A stretch of DNA of 64,000 nt from Camelus dromedarius. Lineage: Eukaryota. Position numbers and translations under genes: made by a program. The notes below the pieces were generated by a model. The model had not been told where the DNA came from and searched no databases. It saw nothing but the letters and a program-made list of their open reading frames with translations. Shown piece by piece: positions 52,230 through 64,000 of the stretch; positions within the stretch are counted from its first letter, which is position 1; each line of letters opens with the position of its first letter. Where the stretch lies: assembly GCF_036321535.1 (NCBI RefSeq), contig NC_087437.1, positions 78,494,001 through 78,558,000 on the forward strand, given 5' to 3'.

Positions 52230-54700
52230 TCAGAACATTGCTCTAAAGCCAGTGACCTGTGGAATTGACTACAAAATCCAGAAGTAGATTCTCCAAAATG
52301 ACATTCTAATATATGAGGAATGTGATCTTTCAGTTCAGTGGGAAAATGATAGTTTATTTAGAAATAAAATGATATAAGCCATCCATTCAGAAGACTGTAA
52401 AATTGGAGCACTATTTAAACCATTTACAAAATCAGTTCCACATGAATTAAAACAGAAAAGAAAAATCAGTGATGCATACTATAGATAGATAATGCTAAAA
52501 ACACAAAAGCCACTAAAAAAAAAAAGATATTTGACCGTGTAAACATGAAAAGCTTCTGTGTGGTAAAATATACTATACAAAGTCAACAAAAATGATAGAT
52601 TTGTAGAAAAATGTGCAATGAAAGACAGATAAATGTATGACATTTATAGTGAAAAATGAGAATTTACAATCTATAAACAGACACATAAGCCAATGTGAAA
52701 TTGGGCAAGGCATGCAAATCACAGAAGAGAAAATGGTCAAGTTACATAAAAAGATGAATAAACTCACTAGAATTAAGGGAAATGCAATTGAAATAATGAG
52801 TTGTTTCTTTGTACCTTTTAGATCAGAAAAAGTTTAAAATATATGCAGTTGTTTATGGAGGGGAAGGTATACTTATACATATATACATGATAGAAACTAA
52901 ATTTTTACATTCTATTAGGAAAGCATTCTTGCAACATCCTTTAAGAAAAACAATGCTTATGCCTTCAAAGGAAGAGTCTACTCCTGGAAATCTATCCTTT
53001 TGAAATAAATATACCAGTTGAAAAGATTATGTGTTCAAGGACATCTACTATGGAAGAACAAAACTTTGATAAAACTAATGATCAGTAACAGAGAAATGTT
53101 TAAATAAATTGTGTTATATGCTCACCATGAATATTATATACCTATCAACAAGAGTGAATTAGGACTCTACAAGTTGGCAGGCTGATGGTGGGGATATGTC
53201 AGATTGTATAAGATCTTACAAAGGAAAGTAAAATGTTCATCAACAAAATTAAAATGCAATCTACAGAATGGGAGAAAATATTTGCATATTGTATATCTAA
53301 TAAGGGATTAATATGCAAAATATATGAAGAACTCATAAAACTCAATAACCTAAAACAAACAAACAAACAAAAACCAAAGAAAATAATCCAGTGAAAAAAA
53401 TGGGCAGAGGAACTGAACTGACATTTTTCTAAAGACATACAGATGGCCAACAGGTACATGAAAAGATGCTGAATTTTGCTAATCATCAGGGAAATCCAAA
53501 TCAAAACCACAATGAAATTTCACCTCATACCCGTTAGAATGGCCATTATCAAAAAAAGAAGAAATAAATGTTGGTGAGGATGTAGAGGAAGTGGAACCCT
53601 TGTGCACTGTTGGCGGAAAAGTAATTTGGTATACCACTATGGAAAACAGTATGGAAGTTCCTCAAAAAATTAAAACTATAATATGATCCAGCAATTTCAC
53701 TTCTGGGTATTTATCCAAAGAAAATGAAATCACTTATCTAAAAAGATATATGCACCCCCATGTTCACTGCAACATTATTCATGATAGCCAGGATATGGAA
53801 GCAACCTTATTGTCCATCAATGGAGGAATGGGTAAAGAAGTTATATTATATATTTGCAATGGAATACTTTTCAGCCATAAAGAGAATGAAATCTTGCCAT
53901 TTGTGACAGTATGGGTGGACCTTGGATCTTGAGGGCATTATGTAAAGTGATATAAGTCAGAGAGAAAGGCAAATGCCGTACGACTCCACATGCGAAATTA
54001 AAAAACTGCAAAACAAAAACAAATAGCAAAAACAAAACAAAACAAAAATGAGCACAAAGATACAGAAAAGATACTGGTTTTGTTAGAGGCAGGAGGTAGG
54101 GTTGGGAGAAATGGGTGAAAGAGGTCAAAAACTACAAACGTCCAGTTATTATTAAGTCATGGGGATATAATGTATAGCATAATGACTATAGTTAATAATA
54201 TTGCATTTCATATTTGAAAGCTGCCAAGAGAGTAAATTTTAAAAGTCTTTATCAAAAGTAAAAAAAAATTGTAACTATGTATGGTGATGGATGTTAACCA
54301 GACTTATTGTGGAGATAATTTTGCAATATATACAAATATTAAATCATTATGTTATACAACTGAAACTAATACAATGTGATGTCAGTTATACTTCAGTAAC
54401 AATAGATTAAAATTTAAAATTAAAAAAAGAAATATAAAATGCAGAAAAGTGTGTACAAAATAACACCATTTTGAAAAGAGCAAATTGTGACAAAAACCTC
54501 CATAGTCATATTATCTGTATCATAGATCTATATTATTCATATATATAATATATGTATTATAAATACACGTGTATATATTAATATACATACATTATATATA
54601 TGACTGTATATATATATAAAATGAACCTGGGGCAAAAAAAAAAAAAGAATACCCACTAAGTTATTAACTTGAGTTTTCTGGGGGAATTGGGAGTGATACC
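52230..54700 (+). mobile_element. ancient L1ME-like fragment interrupted by a younger L1
   Basis: CAGTGGGAAAATGATAGTTTATT...GGGCAAGGCATGCAAATCACAGAAGAG...CTACTCCTGGAAATCTATCC; resumes after ~54430. Confidence 0.7.
53236..54426 (+). mobile_element. 5'-truncated L1 (L1MA-like): ORF2 end + 3'UTR
   Basis: CATCAACAAAATTAAAATGCAATCTACAGAATGGGAGAAAATATTTGCA...TATGGTGATGGATGTTAACCAGAC; possible degenerate TSD AAGGAAAGTAAAATG (53221-53235) / AAGAAATATAAAATG (54427-54441). Confidence 0.92.
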
Positions 54701-55844
54701 ACTCAGGTGATTAGGAGTCACACTCCCATACAGTCATTTTGAGAATATCAACATTTATGTGGATTGCACATCAAAAAATCAGTGTGAAATATTAAGTATA
54801 ACTCCAGACTTTGCTCAGTTTCATATTCTGGTCTGGTTTCTGATCACCCATTTTGGTTTCTTCATTGATTTTTCATTTTTTAATCAAATAAAGATACTTT
54901 CTTCTTTGCATCTAGAAGCAAGCACATATGGTTTAGGGGCTATTTACTCTGAAATATCCTGTAAACAAACTTCATTCCTTTTTTTTTTTGCCTCAGTGTA
55001 GAATCTCATTAATATCCTTCATACAACCTAACTATATATCCATTTGCAGAGATAAAAATTTCTTCCATACAGGTCAATAAACTACAAATTTGTGTCAATA
55101 TCATAAACTCATATTTCTTTATTTCCACTTAGAGGTATTTTTCTTTCTTCATTTTATTGGAAATTGTTAACACTATATATGTCTTAGGAATTATGGATAA
55201 AAACTGTAAGGCTATTCAGCTGAAATGCAAAGAATCCTTATATTCATTAGGGCAATGTCAATATGAAAGGACTCAGATATTACTTTAACTAATTTCAGTG
55301 CTTTATGTATGTATGGAACATCTAAGAAACAAAAGACCAGACTTACTGTGTAACCAGCCATATCTCCCAAGTTCTTAGGAAGTTAAAGGAAAAAAAAAAG
55401 TTTTTCAGGAAGCTACATTGTGCTAAAGTAAAGCAATATATCTAACCAGATCCCAAATAAAGCAATGTGAGTTACATCCATATCTTGTAGGTGAAGGAAA
55501 AATATTATTTTCACAGCTAATGCTTGAATTCCTCATGTGCAGGGCCATTTTGTATAGAAAATAAATTTAAAATTACTGTTGAGTGTAGACTTAATCTCTG
55601 ACGTTTGGAAGGAGATAGGAAAAAAAAGAGATATCTAAGTTCTCTAATTAATCAACAGAAATGTACAAAGATGAGAGAAAAGACTAGACAGGTGGTTGGA
55701 GAGTAACAGAGAGTGGGTAACAAAACATAGCAGGAGGCTGCCACTTTGAGGAAAGTCAACCAGTGAAAAATTCTATGTGGTATAAAATCAAAGGGCATAT
55801 TCAAAGAGCTTTTAATGAAAAGCATATTTTATATTCCAGGACCA

Positions 55845-55995
55845 CAATTGTTAGCTGTTGACCTTTGCCTTAACTTTGTGTGCTTCAGTTTCTACATGCA
55901 AAAAAAAAAAAAAAAAAAAAAGGAATCATATCTACCTCCTGGGTTTGTTGTAAGAATCAAATGAGCTAAAATATATGAATTGCTTAGGCGGATGC
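55845..55995 (+). mobile_element. MIR fragment with expanded A-run
   Basis: TTAGCTGTTGACCTT...CTTCAGTTTCTACATGCA(A)nGGAATCATATCTACCTCCTGGGTTTGTTGTAAGAATCAAATGAG. Confidence 0.75.
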
Positions 55996-56699
55996 ATAAT
56001 AGAGGTCATATGGGTTGGATTTCACTATCTTTGTTTATCTTTTAATTTATTTAAAGCTGTTAATGTTGCTGCATGTAAAGCCTTGTATTACCTCTAAATT
56101 TTCAGTAAAATCTGCTGCAAACATAAATGAATTGTGTGAATTATTGTGGTGGGGATTAGAAAATCAAAAAAGAAGCTGCATAACACTGCTTTATTGGCTT
56201 TATGCCAAAGACAATAGAGGGACTGAAATATGAATAGTGATATTTAATCAGTAAAAAAAAATCCAAAGCTACAATTGACCCTGCTAATATAAGCTGTTGA
56301 TAACTTAACAGATGTTCGAAGTAAGATTTTGGATGACTCACCCTATATAAGATGGAGATACAATCCAATTTGTTGAAAACTTCAAAGAAAGGGCTTTTTA
56401 TGTAAAATGTATACAATTTCTTTACTAAAGTTATTCATCCATTTCATTCAAGAAATTTATTGAGAATTTAATACGTTCAGGTACTGTGCTAAGCACTAGG
56501 CATTTATTTAATTCCTACTTTCAAAGATTTCAAATTTAATGAGAAAGGAAAAAATTGTAATAAACTGGTATATTTTTAATTTAGAAATATTCAGTTAGCA
56601 GTATACTTCCTACTATAGCAAGCAAAATCAGACCAAATGACAATATTGACATATTTACCTTCATATTAATTATATTGCACAATTATCATTCATGTATTT

Positions 56700-58450
56700 T
56701 ATTTAAAATATTTAGCAGAAATTTTAAAATAGAAAAAAATAGTTATGATGAACAAAACTGAGATGGCTCTTTGAAAAGCTGTATAATGTAAACTTTCAGG
56801 AATATTGTTTAATGTTCACAACAAAGCAGAGTATGGGATATTAAGATTTTTAAAAAGGAATATAACTGTAGATACACTATTAATTTAAAAATCACAATTG
56901 GAAGTCTATGAACATTTTATAACAACAAATATGAAAACTCACTAAATTGCAGAAGTCTTCAAATTACCACAATAAATAAAAATTTAAGAGAATAAAATTA
57001 TTTAAAGAAATTAAATCAATATTTAAAAATTGTCCCCAGCCAAACATTTATAAATTAAACAAATAAAATACAGAGGAATAGTTTTAAAGTCAAATTTCAC
57101 CAAACCACCGGGGCAGATCAATTGCATATTATACAATTTGCTACAAGAATTAGTGAAGGTGATTTATTGTCCAAGGCTACTGTGTTTTCAGTACCCAAAT
57201 TAGATAAGGACAGTTGTAAAAAACAAAGAGTCCTTTGCACTTACAAACATAAATGCAAAAACCACAAATACAATATTATCAAATCAAATACATCAAACAG
57301 GACAAAATAATAAAACAACAAATAATTGAAATATTTCTCTTGGATTTAATCCTCAATTATGTGTGTATATATGTGTATGCATATTATAGATATTATGTAC
57401 ATATAACATATACACTAACATAATAATGTAGAGACTATGTTTTTAGAATAAGAAAGTTCATATTCGATAAGATTAAAAAAGATACAAACAAAATTTTTAT
57501 GAACTTTAAGTTAAAATGTATTACTTCTAACTGACTACAAATAAGCTTAAAAGAAAAAGACTAGGTGAACATGCTTTTAACAGATCTAACACAGGTATAA
57601 TGGTTAGAGGAATATTTTATTAAAAAGAAACTACAAATCCACAAGAAAAAAAAAGAATATTGAACATAGATTATTAACAGATCATTTAAAATAGTTGATA
57701 TGCATTTTAAATAATTTAAACAAATGTTTAACCTTACTGGTAATTAAGGAATTGAAATAAGGTAACTTCTTACGTTGGCACAAATTTAATTTAAATTTTG
57801 ATTAAAATAGTAATTAGCAAGAGTGAAGAAACTGTTAATTTTACATAGTAGGAAAGTAAAGTGGTGCAACCTCTTTGGAGGACAATTTGCAGAATCAAAA
57901 ATGAAAATGCACAGACTGTAAGAATAATAAATTTCAGAACTTTTCCTAGATCAGTTTATTCATATGTTGTGTAAAAGTTAAATAATTATTCTGACCTTTT
58001 GCAAGGACATAATATTAGACATGGCATCAATGTGCATCTGTGTTAGTGAAAGACTACACAAAGTTAAAGACGACACATGGCATATGCATGCCATGGGATT
58101 TTTTTTTAAATAAAGTAGATATATGTACCATCACTGATAGATCTCTAGGACAGATGGTTGGGAGCAAAAGGAAGTTGAAGGTCAATAAAAATGTTATGCT
58201 ATATTTAATGTAAAGCAAATACTTCTTGAACTCCTACAAAAGTGTATTATGATATGCTATCTACAATAAATATTGTATTTGAACATATCAAAGTTTCTAA
58301 ATGTATGTAGAAAGGCTACAGGTAATGACACCAAAGTGATATCAGTGGGTACTACTCACAAGGAATGAGAGTCAAATTTATATACCGTATAATGTTTCAA
58401 TGTTTATAAAAGAAAAATGCTTTCATAGTTTACTTATATAATTAAAACAT
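56700..58450 (+). mobile_element. ancient L1ME-like fragments
   Basis: GTACCCAAATTAGATAAGGACAG...AACATAAATGCAAAA; GTAGGAAAGTAAAGTGGTGCAACCTCTTTGGAGGACAATTTGCAGAATC. Confidence 0.65.
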
Positions 58451-58581
58451 AAAAACTGTGTGCTCCTTCATAGACACACATGCACAAATGTGCACACAAA
58501 CGTAACTACAATTTTTTATACAACTGCATTCCTACCTACAATTTCACAGTATTCCATATGTTCACAACAAAATACACATAT

Positions 58582-58690
58582 ACATTCATTCAACAAATAT
58601 TTATTGATTGCATACTATGTGCTAGACACTTGGCACATTTGGCACCCTGGATTAACAAACACATAAAGAACCCTTGTCCTCATTAATATT
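58582..58690 (-). mobile_element. L2 3' end
   Basis: CATTCATTCAACAAATATTTATTGATTGCATACTATGTGCTAGACACT. Confidence 0.8.
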
Positions 58691-59049
58691 AATCTGTAAT
58701 ATTTGATGTGTGTGCAGGGAAGTTGGCCTAGGAAAAGTTTATTTTTGAGTTTCAGTCAGAAGCCAACTTGGCTGTATTGCTAATGAGTAAGGTATCATAG
58801 CTGGCGTTATTTCCTGTAGTTTCAGAAAGTAATTTAAAAGAAAAACGTGTAAGAGTAAGCAGGATTTTTTATATTTAGGCCTGAAGTTTTTGTTAGTATC
58901 ACTCTTTCCACCACAATCAGACCACTCATTTCAGCTACTCAAATCTTCTAGAATCATTTTAGTACACAGCTGTTGTTCAGTAACCTTCTACCTATCACAC
59001 CTACATATTATCTCAGGTCATCTAATGCTTCCCATGTAAAGACAGACAG

Positions 59050-59092
59050 ATAGGTTGGTAGGTAGGTAAGTAGGCAGGTAGGTAGGTAGGTA
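59050..59092. repeat. imperfect (TAGG)n tetranucleotide repeat
   Basis: Read directly from the sequence. Confidence 0.9.
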
Positions 59093-60101
59093 CATAGAGA
59101 CCATTTCTATTACTTTTTGAGCCTATGAAATTCTCCAAAGAAAGTTTAAGGAAATAAAATGTGATATTGTGATGGTAGAGGTATTCCCATTAAGCCCAGC
59201 AATGTTTTATTACTGCATGTCTTTCTAAACATGAATTCTGGAGATTCTCATATGCTATGACGGGGTAAAACTCCATGGCTAAGAATCACTGATTTAGAGA
59301 TTCTGCTTCTAAATAGATGAAGCCACATATGATCATAATAACTCTTACGTGTATGAGTTCCTTACATATTATTTTCTCTACTGATAGGTCACAACAAACA
59401 TTTCAGACCCAAATGTCTACAAAAATACAAGGACTACAAGGACAAACAAGTAAATAGATGGACAATTATGTTTAAGAAATTAGGAGTCTGGAGGATTGTG
59501 TTGAATCAGAAAGAACATGCTTGATCTAAAACTATACATAAGCCCAGATTTATTTTGATAAAACATTTCTGAATATCAACTCATTCTGCTCCTCCATACT
59601 CTCAACATATGACATCCATGATCCATAGTCCCCACCTAGGGTACCCCCTTTTCCTATTCCAATACAGGCAGATAATTAGGACTGGGTGCTGTGTTCTTGC
59701 CAAGAGGAAGGTATATTGTATGGCAAAAAGTACAGAGAAGTTTGATTTCTGTGACTTTCGATTTTGTAAGCTCTTGCTGAAACTGAGAGAATGCTGCGTG
59801 AGAGATGGTGTAGGATTACCTGTAATTCTTGCCTCATGTAGAATTTTCTGGTAGTCAAATGTAATGCATTTAGACAGATATTACCATAGACAGCCTCATA
59901 GAATTTCCCATAACAAGGGTAGGAATGAAGTAGAGATGTCTATGGTCTTCAGATTATGGTGTGTATTATTCACTGGCTCAAACATGGCCCAGGAGTACGG
60001 CAGTACTATGTTATATTGACATATCCTGATAGTATAATAACTTAGACTCCTTCAAGTAATTAATTGGTACTACATGCATCTCCCAGAATCTAGCCACATT
60101 C

Positions 60102-60158
60102 TTTTTTTAAAAAATTAATTTATTTTTCTTTACATTTTTTAATTGAGTAATAGTTATT
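60102..60158 (-). mobile_element. extremely 5'-truncated retroposon (L1 terminal nucleotides + A tail) with 11-bp TSD
   Basis: TAGCCACATTC at 60091-60101 and 60159-60169; minus strand reads AATAACTATTACTCAATTAAAAAATGTAAAG...AAAAAAA. Confidence 0.7.
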
Positions 60159-60327
60159 TAGCCACATTCCTGAGGAAGATATGTGTGTGAAGTGGTGCTG
60201 AAAAGTCTGAAGTTAATGCTTCCTGGAAAACTCAGAGGATAGGGCTTGAAATTTCACAAGTGAATTTCACAAGTGAATCACAAGTGAAGTGAGAAACAAC
60301 ACTTGAATGAGAAATCCTACCTACTTT

Positions 60328-61905
60328 TTTTTTTTTTTTTTTTTTTTTTTTGGTCAGGTTGAACCTTTTTTTTTTTTTAATTGAAGTATAGTCAGTTACA
60401 ATGTGTCAATTTCTGGTGTACAGCACAATGTCCCAGTCATGCATATACATACATATATTCATTTTCATATTCTTTTTCATTAAAGGTTATTACAAGATAT
60501 TGAATATAGTTCCCTGTGCTATACAGAAGAAATTTAGTTCTTTTAAATCTATTTTTATATATAGTGGCTAACATTTGCAAATCTCAAACTCCCAAATTTA
60601 TCCCTTCCTACCCCTTTTCCCCTGGTAACCATATGACTGTTTACTATGTCTGCGAGTCTGTTTCTGTTTCATAGATGAGTTCATTAGTGTCCTCTCTTTT
60701 CTTTTTTTTAGATTCCACATATGAGTGATATCATATGGTATTTTTCTTTCTCTTTCTGGCTTACTCCACTTAGAATGACAATCTCTAGGTCCATCTATGT
60801 TGCTGAAATGGCATTATTTTATTCTTTTTTATGGCTGAGTAGTATTCCATTGTATAAATAGACCACAAATTCTTTATCCAGTCATCTGTCAATGAATATT
60901 TAGGTTGTTTCCATGTCTTGGCTATTGTATATAGTGCTGCTATGAACATTGGGGTGCATGCATATTTTCGAATAAGAGTTCCCTCTGGATATAGCCCCAG
61001 GAGTGGGATTGCTGGATCATATGGTAAGTCCATTTTCAGTCTTTTGAGGAATCGCCATACTGATTTCAATAATGGCTGCACCAAACTACATTCCCACCAA
61101 CAGTGTTGAAGGGTTCCCTTTTCTCCACAGCCTCTCCAGTATTTATCATTTGCAGACTTTTTAATGATGGCCATTCTGACTAGTGTGAGGTGACAACCTC
61201 ATTGTAGTTTTGATTTGAATTTCTCTGATAATTAACAATATTGAGCATTTTTTCATGTGCTTACAGGCCATTTGTATGTCTTCATTGGAGAATTGCTTGT
61301 TTAAGTCTTCTGCCCATTTTTGGATTGGGTTGTTCATTTTTTTTTATTATTAAGTTGTATGAGCTATTTATATATTCTGGATGTTAAGCCCTTGTCAGTC
61401 TCATCTTTCACAAATATTTTCTCCTATTTCATAAGTTGTCTTTTTGTTTTGCTTATGGTTTCCTTTACTGCACAAAAGCTTATAAGTTTAATTAGGACCC
61501 ATTTGTTTATTTTTGCTTTTATTTCTATTGCCTGGGTAGACTGCCCTAGGAGAACATTGTTAAGATTTATGTCAGATAGTGTTTGCCTATGTTTTCTTCT
61601 AAGAGGCTTACAGTGTCTTGTCTTATGTTTAAGTCTTTAAGCTATTTTGAGTTTATTTTTGTGTATGGTGTGAGGGTGTATTCTAACTTCACTGATTTAC
61701 ATGCAGCTGTCCAGTTTTCCCAATGCCATTTGCTGAAGAGACTGTCTTTACTCCATTGTGTATTCTTGCCTCCTTTGTCAAAGATTAATTGACCAGAAGT
61801 TTGTGGGTTTAATTCTGGGTGCTCTATTCTATTCCATTGATCCATATGTCTGTTTTTATGCCAATACTGCTCTATTTTGCTTACTGTAGTTCCGTAGTAT
61901 TGTCT
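60328..61905 (-). mobile_element. young L1, non-inverted 3' part (ORF2 C-terminus, 3'UTR, poly(A))
   Basis: ORF 60785-61174(-) contains ORF2 C-terminal motifs [40 protein letters not shown]; poly(T) on the + strand at 60325-60378. Confidence 0.95.
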
Positions 61906-62984
61906 CATATCAAAACCAGACAAAGACACTACCAAAAAAGAAAATTACAAGCCAATATCATTGATAAACATAGATGCAAAAATCCTCAACAAAATATTAG
62001 CAAACAGAATCCAACAGCACATGAAAAAAGATCATACACCATGATAAAGTTAGATTCATTCCGGAGACACAAGGATCATTCAATATACGCAAATCAAGCA
62101 ATGTGATACACCACATCAACCAAAGAAAGGACAAAAATCACATGATCATCTCAATAGATGCAGAAAAAGCATTTGATAAAACTCAACACCCATTTATGAT
62201 AAAAATTCTTACTGAAGTGGATATAGAGGGAACATATTTCAACATAAAAAAAGCTATTTATGACAAACTCACAGCCAGCATAATACTCAATGGTGAAAAA
62301 CTGAAAGCCTTTCCACTAAAATCTGGAACAAGAAAAGGATGCCCACTCTCACCAGTTCTATTCACCATAGTCTTGGAAGTCCTAGTCACAGCAATCAGGC
62401 AAGAAAAAGAGATAAAAGGGATCCAAATTAGAAGAGAAGAAGTAAAATTGTCACTATATGAGGATGACATGATACTACATATAGAAAACTCTAAAAGCTC
62501 CACACAAAAACTACTAGAGCTGATAAAAGAATTCAGCAAGGTCACAGGATACAAGATTAACGTACAGAAATCAATTGTATTTCTTTACACTAACAATGAA
62601 ATAACAGGAAAAGAAAGTAAAAAAAAAAAAAACTCTTTTAAAATTGCATCCAAAACAATAAAATATTTTGGAATAAATCTGATCAATGAGGTGAAAGCTT
62701 TATATATGGAGAACTATAAACCATTGATAAAGGAAATTAAAGATGACTTAAAAAATGGAAAGATACCCCATGCTCTTGGGTTGGAAGAATCAATATTGTT
62801 AAAGTGGCCATACTGCCCCAAACAATCTACAGATTTAATGCAATCCCTATCAAATTAGCTATAACATTTTTCACAGAACTGGAACAAATAATCCTAAAAT
62901 TTATATGGAATCACACAAGATCTATTATTGAAGAAAAAGAATGAAGCTGGAGGAATAACCCTTTCAGACTTCAGACAATACTAC
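61906..62984 (+). mobile_element. inverted 5' segment of the same L1 (ORF2 RT region)
   Basis: Sense ORF2 abutting antisense ORF2 at ~61905; one TSD CTACCTACTTT (60317-60327 / 62981-62991) brackets both parts. Confidence 0.93.
62103..62858 (+). pseudogene. L1 ORF2p reverse transcriptase domain remnant (251 aa, no promoter or ORF1, frameshifted near its end)
   Basis: [27 protein letters not shown], catalytic motif altered to YEDD, KYFGINL. Confidence 0.92.
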
Positions 62985-64000
62985 CTACTTTAAATCAGCA
63001 TAAAATAGTCAGAATTCATTCATTCTTAACTTTACAAAATGGGACTAAAATATATTTTAGTAAAATTTTAAATACTCAAGGCATGTCCTAAACTATACTT
63101 TTAAATTTTAGGTATTTGGATTCATAATATTACTCAATATTCAATTTAACATTCTTCATGTATTAGGTATTAATTTAAATATTAAAAGTCTTTCATATTT
63201 TCTATACACATTAGATATAATCTGAGAATTTTAAGGGAAATTTTCATGAGATATGTATCATATATTTACAGTGACATTCTTTTTTATTAAGAGAACCCTT
63301 AAATTTACCCCAAAACTAAAAGAAAGTTACAAAACTTGCCTGAGTAACCAAAAGAAATTTTATGAAGTCTAAGCTTTAAAATTTCATGCCCTTTCTTCAT
63401 TGAAGGGCCCTCAAGACCTCACTCAAGGACTATTAACTTTAATTATATAGACATCTAATAAACTTGATTATCGGCATTACCTTCCCTGAGCAGATATAAC
63501 CATTTTAAGGGACTGTAAAAAGCGAGTTCAAGAACTTGAAAAGTGTAAGAGTCTCTATATAGTGTAAAGCACTATATCTGTTCCATGTACCTAAACCTTC
63601 CATTTGAAGGTTTTTAGAAAAAATATTTATGCCAATCTTCTGTGGAGATACCAACCAAGGAATATAATGAAATGATCAGTGTGAAATGACAGTTGTCTGT
63701 GTCAATTCTCCAAATGGATTCATTAATATTTTATTTTTTCAGTCCAAACTACTTGATAAAATTTTTCTATTTAGATTTTTAAAAGACAAAAGAAAAATTG
63801 GTTTTAATAAACAGGAAACATTATATATATTTTTAAGAAGATTGTTTGATACTTTTCCTTCATGTATTACAAATATCATTGGTTCAGTCAGAATATATTG
63901 GGACTTTGTGTCTAATACTTTTCTTACAGTTACACTGATTTCAGCTTATATTTTATTTTTTAACTCAGTTATTTTTATTTGAATAATTTTTCATTTATTA

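Noticed and set aside
60250..60288. CRISPR-like repeat array
   Set aside because: Abutting 13-bp units with no spacers, no cas genes and a mammalian context
62103..62858. 251-aa reverse transcriptase ORF as a novel RT system or active element
   Set aside because: Standard L1 ORF2 fragment in a truncated, inverted insertion; catalytic motif altered to YEDD; no promoter, ORF1 or endonuclease domain
181..63982. The many 60-130 aa ORFs in the six-frame track as genes
   Set aside because: Low-complexity F/L/I/K-rich translations, many with non-ATG starts, or L1 ORF2 remnants and their antisense frames; no recognisable domains apart from L1

Overview
AT-rich, CpG-poor mammalian genomic DNA, intronic or intergenic. 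A tRNA-derived SINE at 37562-37702 and the young L1 3' ends resemble camelid elements, so the organism is inferred to be a camelid (from recall, not a database search). I can recognise no complete protein-coding gene, RNA gene or CRISPR array. The longer ORFs in the track are L1 ORF2 remnants and the rest look like chance ORFs. Much of the window is transposon debris: L1s of several ages (dense at 40-63 kb), L2, L3/CR1, MIR/MIR3, MaLR/ERVL LTRs and DNA MITEs (MER53, MER44, MER45A). Family names are assigned by eye and subfamilies are approximate. Best-supported points of interest: (1) a 5'-inverted (twin-primed) L1 at 60.3-63.0 kb with TSD, endonuclease site, priming microhomology and a 14-nt putative 3' transduction; (2) a polyadenylated LTR-like fragment inserted with a perfect 17-bp TSD, probably an ERV RNA retroposed by L1; (3) nested and extremely truncated L1 insertions with TSDs; (4) a chain of minus-strand candidate exons (27.9, 26.6, 19.4, 8.3 kb) suggesting an unidentified spliced transcript. 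I found no convincing evidence of a wholly new biological system.
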